A stretch of DNA of 64,000 nucleotides from an uncultured Pseudomonadota bacterium (GTDB taxonomy: Bacteria > Pseudomonadota > Alphaproteobacteria > JACZXZ01), in assembly GCA_963749075.1 (NCBI GenBank), contig CAVVLJ010000017.1, positions 320,001 to 384,000 of the forward strand, written 5' to 3'. Position numbers and translations under genes: made by a program. The notes beneath the pieces were generated by a model. That model saw only the letters and a program-made list of their open reading frames with translations, searched no databases and had not been told where the DNA came from. Positions 1 to 9,628 of this stretch are shown in pieces. Within the stretch, counting starts at the first letter, position 1. Each line of letters starts with the position of its first letter.

Positions 1-144
1 GGCGCCCGGCCAGCCGCCCTCGACGTAATCTATGCCGAGCTGGTCGAGCGCCTCGGCAATGGCGATCTTGTCGGCGGCCGAGAAATCGACACCCTGGGTC
101 TGGCCGCCGTCGCGCAGCGTGCTGTCGTAGAGGTAGATGCGCAT
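1..144 (-). CDS. cimA: Citramalate synthase, 5' part (runs off the window edge; not in ORF track)
   Basis: Manual translation MRIYLYDSTLRDGGQTQGVDFSAADKIAIAEALDQLGIDYVEGGWPGA has the DRE-TIM D-x-T-L-R-D-G motif and the CimA-type EGGWPG; it lies downstream of cysS as is usual in Alphaproteobacteria. Start uncertain. Confidence 0.88.
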   Translation of the reverse strand, partial: MRIYLYDSTLRDGGQTQGVDFSAADKIAIAEALDQLGIDYVEGGWPGA

Positions 145-220
145 GCGCTTGCCGCTCTCGCGCTCTCGTCATGGGGGGCGGCAAATTGCCACGGCGGCCG
201 CTGCAAGTCAAAGAGTTGCC

Positions 221-258
221 CACCCCACTCCACCTCTCCTCCTAAAGGCGGAGAGGGG
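221..258. repeat. Degenerate single copy of the GC-rich REP-like palindrome
   Basis: CACCCCACTCCACCTCTCCTCCTAAAGGCGGAGAGGGG resembles the CCCACCCTACCCTCCCCCTCAAGGGGGGAGGGG family. Confidence 0.55.
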
Positions 259-268
259 CGCGGCCTCT

Positions 269-1669
269 CTACCCTTTCCGCCGCCAGAGCGTCCCCTTGG
301 GCGTGTCCTCGAGGAGGATGCCGCGCGCCGCGAGCTCGTCGCGGATGCGGTCGGCCTCGGCGAAGTTGCGCGCCTTGCGCGCGGCGTTGCGTGCCTCGAT
401 CAGGCGATCGATCTCCGCGACCTCGCCTGCCGCGGAGGCGCCCTTGAACCACGCTTCCGGCCGCGCGCCGAGGAGACCCAGCGCCGCACCGCAAGCGGTA
501 AGACACGCAGCGAGCACGGCCTTGCCCTCCCCAGCGCTCGCGGCGAGCGTCTCGCTCGCCAGCGCATCCATGACGGAGAGTGCCAATGGCGTATTGAGGT
601 CGTCGTCGAGGGCCGCCTCGAACTCTGCGGGGAGCAGCGGAGGTATTCCCTCACCCCGACCCTCTCCCGCAAGCGGGAGAGGGAGGTCCGCCGAGAGCAG
701 CGCGCGGTACCAGCGGTCGAGCCGCGCCTTGGCCTGCTCGACGACGTCGCGGGTGAAGTCGAGCGGCTGGCGGTAGTGCGTGGAGATGAGGACGAGGCGC
801 AGCGCCTCGCCGGGAATGCCCTCCTCGAGGAGCTGGCGCACGGTGAGGAAATTACCGAGCGACTTCGACATCTTCTCGCTCTGCACGGCGACAAGGCCGT
901 TGTGCAGCCAGAAGCGCGCGAAGGGCTTCCCGTGCGCGCTCTCGCTCTGAGCGATCTCGTTCTCGTGATGGGGGAAGACGAGGTCGATGCCGCCGCCGTG
1001 GATGTCGAAAGTCTCGCCCAAGTGGCGCTCGCTCATGGCCGAGCACTCGATGTGCCAGCCGGGGCGGCCGCGGCCCCACGGGCTCGGCCAGCCGGGCTGC
1101 TCGGCGTCCGACGGCTTCCATAAGACGAAGTCGGCGGGGTCGCGCTTGTAGGGTGCTATCTCGACGCGGGCGCCGGCGATCATCTCCTCGCGGTCGCGGC
1201 GCGAGAGCTTGCCGTAATCCGGCTTGGAGGCGACGCTGAAGAGCACGTGGCCTTCCGCCGCGTAAGCATGGCCGCCGGCGATGAGCCGCTCGATCATGGC
1301 GATCATCTCGGCGATGTGCCGGGTGGCGTGCGGCTCGGCGTCGGGAGGCAGGGCCGCGAGTGCCGCCATGTCGGCGTGGAAGGCCTCCTCGGTGCGCCGT
1401 GTTAGGGCCGCGATCGGCTCGCCGTTCTCGCGCGCCGCGGCGATGATCTTGTCATCCACGTCGGTGACGTTGCGCACGTAGACGACGCGGCGATAGCGCC
1501 GCTTCAAGAGGCGGTAGAGCACGTCGAAGACGACGACCGGCCGCGCATTGCCGACATGGGCCAGATCATAGACCGTGGGCCCGCAGACATACATGCGCAC
1601 GCGCCCGGCCTCGAGCGGCTCGAAAAGCTCCTTCCTGCGGCTGAGCGTATTGTAAAGCGTGAGCGCCAC
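269..1669 (-). CDS. cysS: Cysteine--tRNA ligase
   Basis: [14 protein letters not shown] (HIGH), [33 protein letters not shown]; probable GTG start at 1669 after AGGGGG. Confidence 0.97.
   Translation of the reverse strand: MALTLYNTLSRRKELFEPLEAGRVRMYVCGPTVYDLAHVGNARPVVVFDVLYRLLKRRYRRVVYVRNVTDVDDKIIAAARENGEPIAALTRRTEEAFHADMAALAALPPDAEPHATRHIAEMIAMIERLIAGGHAYAAEGHVLFSVASKPDYGKLSRRDREEMIAGARVEIAPYKRDPADFVLWKPSDAEQPGWPSPWGRGRPGWHIECSAMSERHLGETFDIHGGGIDLVFPHHENEIAQSESAHGKPFARFWLHNGLVAVQSEKMSKSLGNFLTVRQLLEEGIPGEALRLVLISTHYRQPLDFTRDVVEQAKARLDRWYRALLSADLPLPLAGEGRGEGIPPLLPAEFEAALDDDLNTPLALSVMDALASETLAASAGEGKAVLAACLTACGAALGLLGARPEAWFKGASAAGEVAEIDRLIEARNAARKARNFAEADRIRDELAARGILLEDTPKGTLWRRKG
648..684. 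repeat. REP-like palindrome lying in frame within cysS
   Basis: CCCTCACCCCGACCCTCTCCCGCAAGCGGGAGAGGGA; same core as the element at 2392-2522; encodes [13 protein letters not shown]. Confidence 0.85.
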
Positions 1670-1758
1670 GGCATCCCCCTCCGACCGGGGCCCATTGGTA
1701 ACAAGCGGCCGGCAACGCCAGCAAGCGTTCCTTTGCTTTATGCGCTTGGGCTCGTTCT

Positions 1759-1859
1759 CCCCCCACCCTACCCTCCCCCTCAAGGGGGGAGGGGAAAGAT
1801 GGTCGGGCTCGGCAAATGAACCCCCTCCCCCCTTGAGGGGGAGGGTTGGGGTGGGGGGG
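1759..1859. repeat. REP doublet (REPIN-like), inverted arms with 26-nt spacer
   Basis: CCCCCCACCCTACCCTCCCCCTCAAGGGGGGAGGGG-N26-CCCCCTCCCCCCTTGAGGGGGAGGGTTGGGGTGGGGGGG. Confidence 0.9.
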
Positions 1860-1865
1860 CCCGCG

Positions 1866-2531
1866 CTAATGCGCTGCCGTGAGCTTGAAGGAGGCGAAGA
1901 AGCGCTTGGCCTCGGCGCTCTTCTCGTGGTTGAGGGGACCGCCGGCGATGACCGCGTAGAGCCGGTCCTTGACGACGAGGAAGCGGTAGACCTGCGTATA
2001 GCCCTCCTTGTCGGAGAAGATCACCTCGCGGCCGTCGCGGCCGGAGAGCGCGGCCTTGCGGTCGGCGAGAAGCTTGACCGGCTGGCCCTTCACGAGATCG
2101 TTGCGCGCGACGTTGTAGATGAGCTCGGGATTGCGCCCGGCGAAGGTCCCGGGCTGGTAGTCCGTGTAGCTCACCACATAGGCGGTCGTGCCGAGATCGG
2201 CCGTGAAGACGTTGGCGACGCCGCCGCTCATGTCGGGCGGCTCGGACTTCACTTGCGGGGCTTTGGGAAAGAGCACCTCGAAGCCGCCGGCCTTGGAGTG
2301 GAACTCCTTCCAGACGGGGGCTGCGGCGAAAGCGGACGTGGCGAGGAGAACGAGAAGCGTCAGAGCTGCAAAGGCAAGCCGAGCGGGCGGTCCCTCACCC
2401 TTCCCGTTGCTTCGCAACGGGCCCCTTCCCTCTCCCGCAAGCGGGAGAGGGAGAAGTAGCTTTACCCTCTCCCGCTTGCGGGAGAGGGAGGGACCCAAGG
2501 CGAAGCCTTGGGCGGGTGAGGGACAGCTCAT
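1866..2531 (-). CDS. Hypothetical exported protein (possibly PsbP-like fold) with a repeat-encoded N-terminal extension
   Basis: Signal-like [18 protein letters not shown] followed by a globular domain ending FFASFKL; ATG overlaps the gltX stop (ATGA). Confidence 0.7.
   Translation of the reverse strand: MSCPSPAQGFALGPSLSRKRERVKLLLPLPLAGEGRGPLRSNGKGEGPPARLAFAALTLLVLLATSAFAAAPVWKEFHSKAGGFEVLFPKAPQVKSEPPDMSGGVANVFTADLGTTAYVVSYTDYQPGTFAGRNPELIYNVARNDLVKGQPVKLLADRKAALSGRDGREVIFSDKEGYTQVYRFLVVKDRLYAVIAGGPLNHEKSAEAKRFFASFKLTAAH
2392..2522. repeat. Composite RIME/CIR-like palindromic element (two inverted arms, several hairpins)
   Basis: CCCTCACCC..CCCGTTGCTTCGCAACGGG..CCCTCTCCCGCAAGCGGGAGAGGG / CCCTCTCCCGCTTGCGGGAGAGGG..CCCAAGGCGAAGCCTTGGG..GGGTGAGGG. 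Confidence 0.88.
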
Positions 2532-3874
2532 GCCGCCTCACCGTTCAACCGTGCCAGCGCGCGGGGACGGCCGATGAGCGGCAGCAGGGCTGCGAGCTCC
2601 GGCCCCCGCTCGCGGCCGGTGAGCGCCAGGCGCAAGGGGTGGAAGAGCGCCTTGCCGCTGCGCCCCGTGGCGCGCTTGAGGCTCTCGGTCCAGGCGCTCC
2701 AGGTGGCACGGTCCCACGGCTCGGGCGGCAGTGCCGCCGCCGCCTGCCGCGCGAAGCCCGCGTCCTCGATGAGGGGTGCGAGCTCGCCGTGGACCACGCG
2801 CCACCAGAGCGCCGCATCGTCGAGGCGCGTCAAGTTGCCGCGAACCGCCTCCCAGAAGGCGCGGTCGGCGTCCTCGAGCCCGAGGGCCGCGAGCCGGCCG
2901 GCCACCGCCTCGAACGGCGTCGAATGGAGGAGGCGTGCGTTGAGGCGCTGCAGCTCGTCGAGGTCGAACTTGGGCGTCGAGCGGCTGAAGTGGGAGATGT
3001 CGAACTCGGCTACGAGCTCGGCGAGCGACGCGCGCGGCTCGATGGCATCGGACGTGCCGAGCTTGGCAAGGAGGCTCGCGAGCGCCATGGGCTCGATGCC
3101 GCGCTCGCGAAGCTCGCCGAGCGAAAGGCTGCCGAGGCGCTTCGAGAAGCCAGCACCGCTCGCATCCGCGAGGAGCGGCAGATGGCCGAAGGCGAGCGCC
3201 TTCGCATCTCCGCCAAGCGCCGCGAAGAGCTCGATGTGGACCGCGGTATTGGCCACGTGGTCCTCGCCGCGGATGACGTGGCTGATGCCGAACTCGAGAT
3301 CGTCGGCGACGGAGGCGAGCGTGTAGAGCGGCCGGCCGTCGGCGCGCACGAGCACGGGATCGGAGAGATGGCCCGGCTCGAAGCGCACGCTGCCGCGCAC
3401 GAGGTCCTGCCACTCGACCGCCGCGTCCGAGAGGAGGAAGCGGTAGTGGGGAAGCCGGCCCGCCTGCTCGTATTTGCGCTTCTCCTCGGTGCCGAGCTTG
3501 AGTGCTGCGCGGTCGTAGACCGGGGGTGCCCGGCGGGCGAGCTGCATCTTGCGTTTGAGCTCGAGCTCCTCGGGCGTCTCGTAGCAGGGATAGAGCCGGC
3601 CCATGGCAGCGAGTTTCTGCGCGGCCTCGGCGTAGCGCGGCAGGCGGTCCGACTGGCGCGCGAAGCGGTCCCAGGCGAGGCCGAGCCAGGCGAGGTCCTC
3701 CTTGATCGCCTCCTCGAAGGCGCGCGTCGAGCGCTCCTCGTCGGTGTCGTCGATGCGGAGGAGGAAGCTGCCGCCGTGCTTGCGCGCGAAGAGCCAGTTG
3801 ATGAGCGCCGTGCGCACATTGCCGACGTGAAGCCGGCCGGTCGGGCTGGGTGCCACGCGCACGGCGACGGGCAT
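2528..3874 (-). CDS. gltX: Glutamate--tRNA ligase (probably the second alphaproteobacterial GluRS)
   Basis: [31 protein letters not shown] motifs. Confidence 0.95.
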   Translation of the reverse strand: MPVAVRVAPSPTGRLHVGNVRTALINWLFARKHGGSFLLRIDDTDEERSTRAFEEAIKEDLAWLGLAWDRFARQSDRLPRYAEAAQKLAAMGRLYPCYETPEELELKRKMQLARRAPPVYDRAALKLGTEEKRKYEQAGRLPHYRFLLSDAAVEWQDLVRGSVRFEPGHLSDPVLVRADGRPLYTLASVADDLEFGISHVIRGEDHVANTAVHIELFAALGGDAKALAFGHLPLLADASGAGFSKRLGSLSLGELRERGIEPMALASLLAKLGTSDAIEPRASLAELVAEFDISHFSRSTPKFDLDELQRLNARLLHSTPFEAVAGRLAALGLEDADRAFWEAVRGNLTRLDDAALWWRVVHGELAPLIEDAGFARQAAAALPPEPWDRATWSAWTESLKRATGRSGKALFHPLRLALTGRERGPELAALLPLIGRPRALARLNGEAA

Positions 3875-3880
3875 GCGGGA

Positions 3881-5536
3881 TCAGCCCTTGAAGCGGTTGG
3901 TGATCGGGTAGCGCCGGTCGCGCCCGAAGGCGCGCCGCGTGATCTTCACGCCGGGGGCTGCCTGGCGGCGCTTGTACTCGGCGCGGTCGAGCATGGACCA
4001 CACGCGCATCACGGTCGTCCGCTCGAAGCCCTTGGCCACGATCTCCTCGGGCCGCATCTCATGCTCGATGAGGCATTCGAGGATGCCGTCGAGGGTCTCG
4101 TAGGGCGGCAGCGTGTCCTGGTCGGTCTGGTTGGGCTTGAGCTCCGCCGTGGGCGCCTTGGCGATGATGCGCTCGGGGATGACGCGCCCCGCGGGGCCGA
4201 GAGCGCCCGCGGGATGCGCCTGGTTGCGCCAGCGCGAGAGGCCGTAGACCGTCGTCTTGTAGATGTCCTTGAGCGCGTTGTAGCCGCCGCACATGTCGCC
4301 GTAGAGCGTGGCATAGCCGACCGACATCTCGGACTTGTTGCCGGTGGTGAGCAGCATGTTTCCCGTGGCGTTGCTCAGCGCCATGAGCACCATGGCGCGC
4401 GCGCGCGGCTGGATGTTCTCGGCCGTGACCTCGGATGGCCTGCTGCCGAGCGCGGGTGCCAGCATGGCATCGAAGGCCTCGACCGCGGGCGCTATCGACA
4501 CGGTCTCGAGCGGGCAGCCGGTCAATGCTGCGAGCTCCGCTGCGTCCTCCATGCTCGCGTCCGAGGTGAAGCGCGAGGGGAGGCGCACGCAATGCACCTT
4601 CCGAGGGCCCAGCGCGTCGGCGGCGACGACGGCGGTCAGCGCCGAATCGATGCCGCCCGAGAGCCCGACAAGCACGCCCGGGAAGCCGTTCTTGGTGACG
4701 TAGTCGCGCACGCCGAGAAGCATCGCCTGATAGGTCGCCTCGAGGCCGTTGCGAATGGCCGCGATGCCGTCCGTCTCGCAGCGCCAGCCCTCGCCCGCAC
4801 GCCGCCAGCGCGTGGTGGCAACCGCCTCGCGCCAGGCCGGAAGCTGGGCCGCGAGCGTGCGGTCGGCGTTGAGTGCAAAGGAGGCGCCGTCGAACACCAG
4901 CTCGTCCTGGCCGCCCACCTCGTTGACGTAGATGAGCGGCAGGCCGGTCTCGACGATGCGGGCTGTGGCGAGGTCGATGCGCTCGTCGGACTTGTTGCTC
5001 TCGAAGGGCGAGCCGTTGATGACGACGAGGATCTCGGCACCCGATTCGGCGAGCGTCTCGCTCACGTCGGGGAACCACAGGTCCTCGCACACCTGGAGGC
5101 CGAGCCGCACGCCCTTGAACACGATGGGACCGGGCGCCGGGCCGGCGGCGAAGACGCGCTTCTCGTCGAAGACGCCGTAGTTCGGCAGCTCGTGCTTGAA
5201 GCGGATGTAGGAGATGCCGCCGCCCTCGAGCAGCAACGCCGCGTTGAAGAGCTTGCCGCCGCCGCGCCAGGGAGCGCCCACGATCACCGCCGGCCCGCCG
5301 TCAGCGGTCTCCTTGGCGAACTCCTTGACGGCAAGCTCGACCGCGTCCTGGAAGGCGGGCTTGAGCACGAGATCCTCGGGCGGATAGCCGGCTATGACGA
5401 GCTCGCTGGCGACGACGATGTCCGCCCTCTCCCCCGCCGCCACCGCGCGCGCGCGGCGCAGCAGCGCCACGTTCCCCGCGATGTCGCCGACCGTCGGGTT
5501 GAGCTGCGCCAGGGCGATCGAGAGGCTGTCGGTCAT
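3881..5536 (-). CDS. nadE: Glutamine-dependent NAD+ synthetase
   Basis: N-terminal nitrilase domain (GYPPEDL, KHELPNYGVFDEKR, CEDLW) plus SGGIDS, TGNKSE, GYATLYGD and AEYKRRQ. Confidence 0.97.
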   Translation of the reverse strand: MTDSLSIALAQLNPTVGDIAGNVALLRRARAVAAGERADIVVASELVIAGYPPEDLVLKPAFQDAVELAVKEFAKETADGGPAVIVGAPWRGGGKLFNAALLLEGGGISYIRFKHELPNYGVFDEKRVFAAGPAPGPIVFKGVRLGLQVCEDLWFPDVSETLAESGAEILVVINGSPFESNKSDERIDLATARIVETGLPLIYVNEVGGQDELVFDGASFALNADRTLAAQLPAWREAVATTRWRRAGEGWRCETDGIAAIRNGLEATYQAMLLGVRDYVTKNGFPGVLVGLSGGIDSALTAVVAADALGPRKVHCVRLPSRFTSDASMEDAAELAALTGCPLETVSIAPAVEAFDAMLAPALGSRPSEVTAENIQPRARAMVLMALSNATGNMLLTTGNKSEMSVGYATLYGDMCGGYNALKDIYKTTVYGLSRWRNQAHPAGALGPAGRVIPERIIAKAPTAELKPNQTDQDTLPPYETLDGILECLIEHEMRPEEIVAKGFERTTVMRVWSMLDRAEYKRRQAAPGVKITRRAFGRDRRYPITNRFKG

Positions 5537-5644
5537 GGTCCCGTCGCCGCCTGGGCGGCGCGTGAGAGGGCGAAAGCGAAGCTGTTGCGCGGCAAGGGAA
5601 ACTTAGGATCGGGGCGGGGGAGTGTCAATGGCGCGAGGAGGCGC

Positions 5645-6223
5645 CTATTTATTCTTGTCTTTCTGACCTTTGCTACGGTAACTCGGATTGTTCGACTCGA
5701 CTCTTCTCAAGTCCTGTATTCCGGGCGATGGTCCGCCGAGATAGCTCTCTGGCGGGCGGTCGGCACCGATACACATAAGAAACGTCCACCATACCGAATT
5801 GCTATTCGGAGCCGCGCCAAATAGGCGCGCCGATTCATAGAGAAATTTGCCCCCCATCAAGACACTTTCGACCTGAAAAACGGCATCTCGCCATTTTTCT
5901 CTCATGTCTCCTTCTTCTCCTTCTGCCAACAATTTAGCTATATTCTTGGCTACAGTCCCATTGTCCTGCAGAATATCGACGGTGTTCTCGCTCGTTAGGA
6001 GCACGTTCGGCAATGAGGCAAGCAGCCTGTGCGGCTCGACCTCCCTGCCGAGGAGGAAGTTGTCCTTGTCGGGGCCAAGGAACGGCGCGGTGGGATGGTC
6101 GCTGTACATACCATGGAATTCTTCGACCACCCGACCTGCGTCGTCGATCAGGGCGACGTAATTATGCTCGTAGCTCGTCATGTCTCCCGCCGGTTTCTCC
6201 ATGCTCACGATTTTCCAGCTCAT
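5645..6223 (-). CDS. Hypothetical protein, lower GC, possible permuted papain-like/toxin domain
   Basis: ATG at 6223 after GAGGAG; HNYVAL..EFHG..Y..PNSNS pattern; visibly more AT-rich than the flanks. Confidence 0.65.
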   Translation of the reverse strand: MSWKIVSMEKPAGDMTSYEHNYVALIDDAGRVVEEFHGMYSDHPTAPFLGPDKDNFLLGREVEPHRLLASLPNVLLTSENTVDILQDNGTVAKNIAKLLAEGEEGDMREKWRDAVFQVESVLMGGKFLYESARLFGAAPNSNSVWWTFLMCIGADRPPESYLGGPSPGIQDLRRVESNNPSYRSKGQKDKNK

Positions 6224-6404
6224 TGCTACGCTCCTCACTAAGGGACGGTGAAATCTCTCATGTATGGGTGCTGATGATTTGGCGCTCACAATCGGCGGCC
6301 CGCCCGAACGGGTCGCGTGGCGCATGCGCGGGGCCGCGCGAGCCCGTGAGGCTTCGCACGCCTGGTCTGTACCTTGGAGATGACGCTTCGCCGGCGTAGT
6401 GCGG

Positions 6405-7778
6405 CTATTCTAGGACTAGACCGGACATCGGGCAGGGTCGGTCGAGGGCCGCACGTTGGCGGTCGACTTGCAATCTCAGATAGCGCGCCGCGTTTCGCGC
6501 GCGCTTTCGCTCGTCGTCCGTGAGGACGGGAGCGTCAGCCGTCAGGTCAAAGCTCGCGAGAGCGTCGCCGATCCTTCCCTGCTGCATGGTCGCGGCAAAG
6601 AGCGCGAACGCGTCCGACATGCGCCTCTGGAACACGGTTTCTTTCTCGTTGAGGAGCTGCGCAGGGAGCTCACGCCCGGCTTGGAACGCCGCAATGAGCT
6701 CGTCGTAATAGCCGGGAAAGTCCCGGCATGCTTCGACAAGCCGGCCGTCCCGCCAATCGAGCACGATTGCCACATCCTCGTAGCCTCCTACGCAGGTGCG
6801 CTGACCCTTGCCATTCCCGGCCTCGATCCGATCCATCAGCGGAATGGTGCAGTGCCCGGAGTCCCAACGGCGGTCGTAGGAGATCGCCTCGTAGCGGCCG
6901 TCGCGGCCGAGGTCGCGGAGATCGTGGAGGACGTCGCCATCCTCCACCTCGACCGGATGCAGGCCCGTATCATCGGCCGACAGAAGCTCGATGCTCTCCG
7001 GTGCGGCTGTCCAATTCGGAGCAATGCCGTATCTGGCAATTATATAGCTGTGCCGCACGCGGTCCCGCTCGGGAAAGGTCACGGCCTCGAAGAAGCGGTC
7101 GCCATACTCGATGGAGTTGGGCAGGTCCGCTTCTGCGGCGGCACCGACCTGGCGCAGATTGTCCGATCCTGCTTCGGGGACATAGAGGGCGACGAGCATC
7201 TTTCGCGACGGCGGCCCGTTCAGGGGACATTCCGGCCGGTTCCACGCGACGACGAGCGCATCCTTCATGCCGTCGAGCTCGACCTTCTCGATCCGCCGGG
7301 CGGTCGCCCATCCGGGCTCGGGCGGCGTCACCCCGCGCGCAGCAATGGCGCGGTGCTCAAGGATACGGTCGAGAAGAAGCAAGCCGTAGGAGAGCTCCGA
7401 GCCGTCGGATTGCCAGGCCTCGGCCGTCGCCAGCGCCCCGTCGAAGTCGCCGCGCTGCCAATCATAGGCCATGGCGACGAGGAGAATCTTATAGGGAGCG
7501 AAGACGTCAAAGTCCTTGCGGTAGTGGCGGAACATGAAGGCGCGCGCCTGCCGGTCTCTGGCCAGTGCCCTGATGCGCGGCCCAACGGCGGTGAGATCGC
7601 CGCCTTCGTCGCACACCCGCCGCGTCTCTGCGACGATGCTCGTGACGCGTCTTTCGAGTTCGTCCGGCAATTCCGCGCGCGCCGCCGCGGCATAGGCGGC
7701 AAGCCAGGAAAGCACGAGCACCGCGACCGCGACGCGAACGGCCCGTCGTTGGACGGTAATGGCCGATGCGATGCCCAA
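6405..7778 (-). CDS. Hypothetical exported protein
   Basis: 457-aa ORF with an N-terminal signal-like segment (VAVAVLVLSWLAAYAAAARA) and an FG-GAP-like DLGRDGRYEAI; no family recognised. Confidence 0.65.
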   Translation of the reverse strand: MGIASAITVQRRAVRVAVAVLVLSWLAAYAAAARAELPDELERRVTSIVAETRRVCDEGGDLTAVGPRIRALARDRQARAFMFRHYRKDFDVFAPYKILLVAMAYDWQRGDFDGALATAEAWQSDGSELSYGLLLLDRILEHRAIAARGVTPPEPGWATARRIEKVELDGMKDALVVAWNRPECPLNGPPSRKMLVALYVPEAGSDNLRQVGAAAEADLPNSIEYGDRFFEAVTFPERDRVRHSYIIARYGIAPNWTAAPESIELLSADDTGLHPVEVEDGDVLHDLRDLGRDGRYEAISYDRRWDSGHCTIPLMDRIEAGNGKGQRTCVGGYEDVAIVLDWRDGRLVEACRDFPGYYDELIAAFQAGRELPAQLLNEKETVFQRRMSDAFALFAATMQQGRIGDALASFDLTADAPVLTDDERKRARNAARYLRLQVDRQRAALDRPCPMSGLVLE

Positions 7779-7893
7779 GCCGGCGGCTCACAAAAAAGCG
7801 GCCGAACCGGCCGCCGCGCAATTCTCCAGCATGAAAACAAACTAGCACGCCGATGGCCGTCGGTCAAACCTGGTTGAACTTTTTCATCCGCCG

Positions 7894-8226
7894 TCAACCG
7901 GGCGCGAGCCAGGCAAAGAGCACGATCGCGCCGACGCCCACCGCGGCCGCGATGAGGATGTTCTTGCGGCTCGCGTAGAAGGCCGCGAGCGAGAGGGCTG
8001 CGGCGGCAAGGCGCGCCCAGAGGGGAAGCTCCTTAAGCTCGCCGATCGGCAGCACGATCATGCGCGCGACGAGGCCGGCCAAGAGCGCGTAGGCGACGCA
8101 GCCCGTCCAGCGGAAGACGGCACCGCGCGGGTCGATGCGGCCGGCGAGTGCTACGCCCAAGCCGCGCCAGAGATAGGTGACCGCCGTCGCCGCGAGGATG
8201 GCGGGCCAGATCGAGGCCTCACGCAC
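7894..8226 (-). CDS. azlD: AzlD-family branched-chain amino acid exporter subunit
   Basis: Small hydrophobic protein with TYLWRGLG and YALLAGLVARMI; overlaps the azlC end; GTG start inferred. Confidence 0.8.
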   Translation of the reverse strand: MREASIWPAILAATAVTYLWRGLGVALAGRIDPRGAVFRWTGCVAYALLAGLVARMIVLPIGELKELPLWARLAAAALSLAAFYASRKNILIAAAVGVGAIVLFAWLAPG

Positions 8227-8965
8227 GGCGCCTCGCCTCCGCGAGCGCTTGCCGCGCCTCCGCCCGACGGTCGAGGAGGAAGGCCAAGGTGCCGGCGACG
8301 ACGCCGGTGAGCGGCAGGCCCCAGTCCGGCGTTGCGAGGTGGAAGAGCGGTCCGAGCACGGCGCCGGCCGTGAGCGCATAGAGCCGCGCGCGCTCGCGCA
8401 GGTCGGCGGTGAAGAGCAGCATGAAGTAGAGCGGATTGAGGAAGACGAGGCCCAAGGAGACGACATGGGGAAGCCCGCCCGCGAGTGCGAAGCCGCCGGC
8501 GGTGCCGGTGAAGCAACCCGCCCACAGCACGACCGTGAGACCGAAGAAGTAGGGGAGCCGCCTCTCCTCCTCGAGGCCCGGGCAGCGCTGCATGGCGAAG
8601 ACCCAGCTCGTCACCGCGACGAGCTGCGCCACCGGGTAGTAGAGCCAGCCCGGCCAATGGCGCGTGCGCAAATGCGCCATCAGCACCACGGTCATGGGAA
8701 GGAAGCGCGCATTGGTGAGTGCCACGGTGGTGGCGATGACGAGGAGCGAGCCGCCGGCGCCGTAGAGCTCGACGAGCGCCACCTGGCCCGGCAGCGCCCA
8801 GACGCCGAGGGTGGTGGCGAGCCCGGGGAGGAGGCCGAGCCCGGTCGCATGCACGAGCGAGCCGAAGCCGAGATAGCTCGCAGTCAAGGTCAAGGCCGGC
8901 AGGCCGCAGGCGTCGCGCAAGCCGAGTGCGAACGCCTCGCGGCGCGCGGACGAAGTCGTCGCCAT
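8219..8965 (-). CDS. azlC: AzlC-family permease
   Basis: WALPGQV and NARFLPM motifs, multiple TM segments. Confidence 0.85.
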   Translation of the reverse strand: MATTSSARREAFALGLRDACGLPALTLTASYLGFGSLVHATGLGLLPGLATTLGVWALPGQVALVELYGAGGSLLVIATTVALTNARFLPMTVVLMAHLRTRHWPGWLYYPVAQLVAVTSWVFAMQRCPGLEEERRLPYFFGLTVVLWAGCFTGTAGGFALAGGLPHVVSLGLVFLNPLYFMLLFTADLRERARLYALTAGAVLGPLFHLATPDWGLPLTGVVAGTLAFLLDRRAEARQALAEARRRA

Positions 8966-9096
8966 GCCATGTCCCCCCTCGCCTTCGCCGGCGCGATGCT
9001 AAGGGGCGGCAGCCGGGCCTGCAAGCGTGCGCGCGACGGTGGGCACGAGTGGGACGCCTCGGCTATCATCGCGGCGTCCTTGCAAGGAGCATCGCC

Positions 9097-9495
9097 ATGC
9101 CGACACCGCCCGTCTTCCACATGATCCCGGGTGCGGCCCATCCGGTCGCCCCCTATTGCCACGCCGTCGAGGTGGGGGATTGGATCCTGCTCACCGGCCA
9201 GGTGCCGAACGATCCGCCCAACGACGCGGCACCGCTGCCGCCCGACATCGAGGGCCAGGCGCGGCGCACCATGGAGAACCTGCGGCTCGTGCTGCAAGGC
9301 CTCGGGCTCGACCTCGCTCACATCGTCTCGGCGCGCGTCTTCCTCACGCATTTCGAGGAGGATTACGAGCGCATGAACGCGGTCTACCGCGGCTACTTCG
9401 CGCCCGACCGCCTGCCGGCGCGCACCTGCATCGGCGTCACGGCACTCGCGCGCGGCGCCCGCATCGAGATCGACGCGGTGGCGCGGAGGGGGTGA
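9097..9495 (+). CDS. RidA/YjgF-family protein
   Basis: PYCHAV, TGQVP, MNAVY, PARTCIGV, IEIDAVA; AGGAG RBS. Confidence 0.9.
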   Translation: MPTPPVFHMIPGAAHPVAPYCHAVEVGDWILLTGQVPNDPPNDAAPLPPDIEGQARRTMENLRLVLQGLGLDLAHIVSARVFLTHFEEDYERMNAVYRGYFAPDRLPARTCIGVTALARGARIEIDAVARRG

Positions 9496-9515
9496 GGATG
9501 CGGACGCCTTGCTGA

Positions 9516-9615
9516 CCCCCCTCCCTACCCTCCCCCTCAAGGGGGGAGGGGAAAGATGAGCAGGCTGACTAAACGAGCCCCCTCCCCCCTTGAGGGGGAG
9601 GGTTGGGGTGGGGGG
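9516..9615. repeat. REP doublet with 26-nt spacer between convergent genes
   Basis: Same arms as 1759-1859. Confidence 0.9.
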
Positions 9616-9628
9616 TAAAGAAAAGCCC

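Noticed and set aside
2516-5824. Very long alternative ORFs (1102 aa here; also 28352-30472, 33449-35923, 46352-48982 and many others)
   Set aside because: Antisense or off-frame shadows of well-supported high-GC genes; Arg/Ala/Gly-rich with no motifs.
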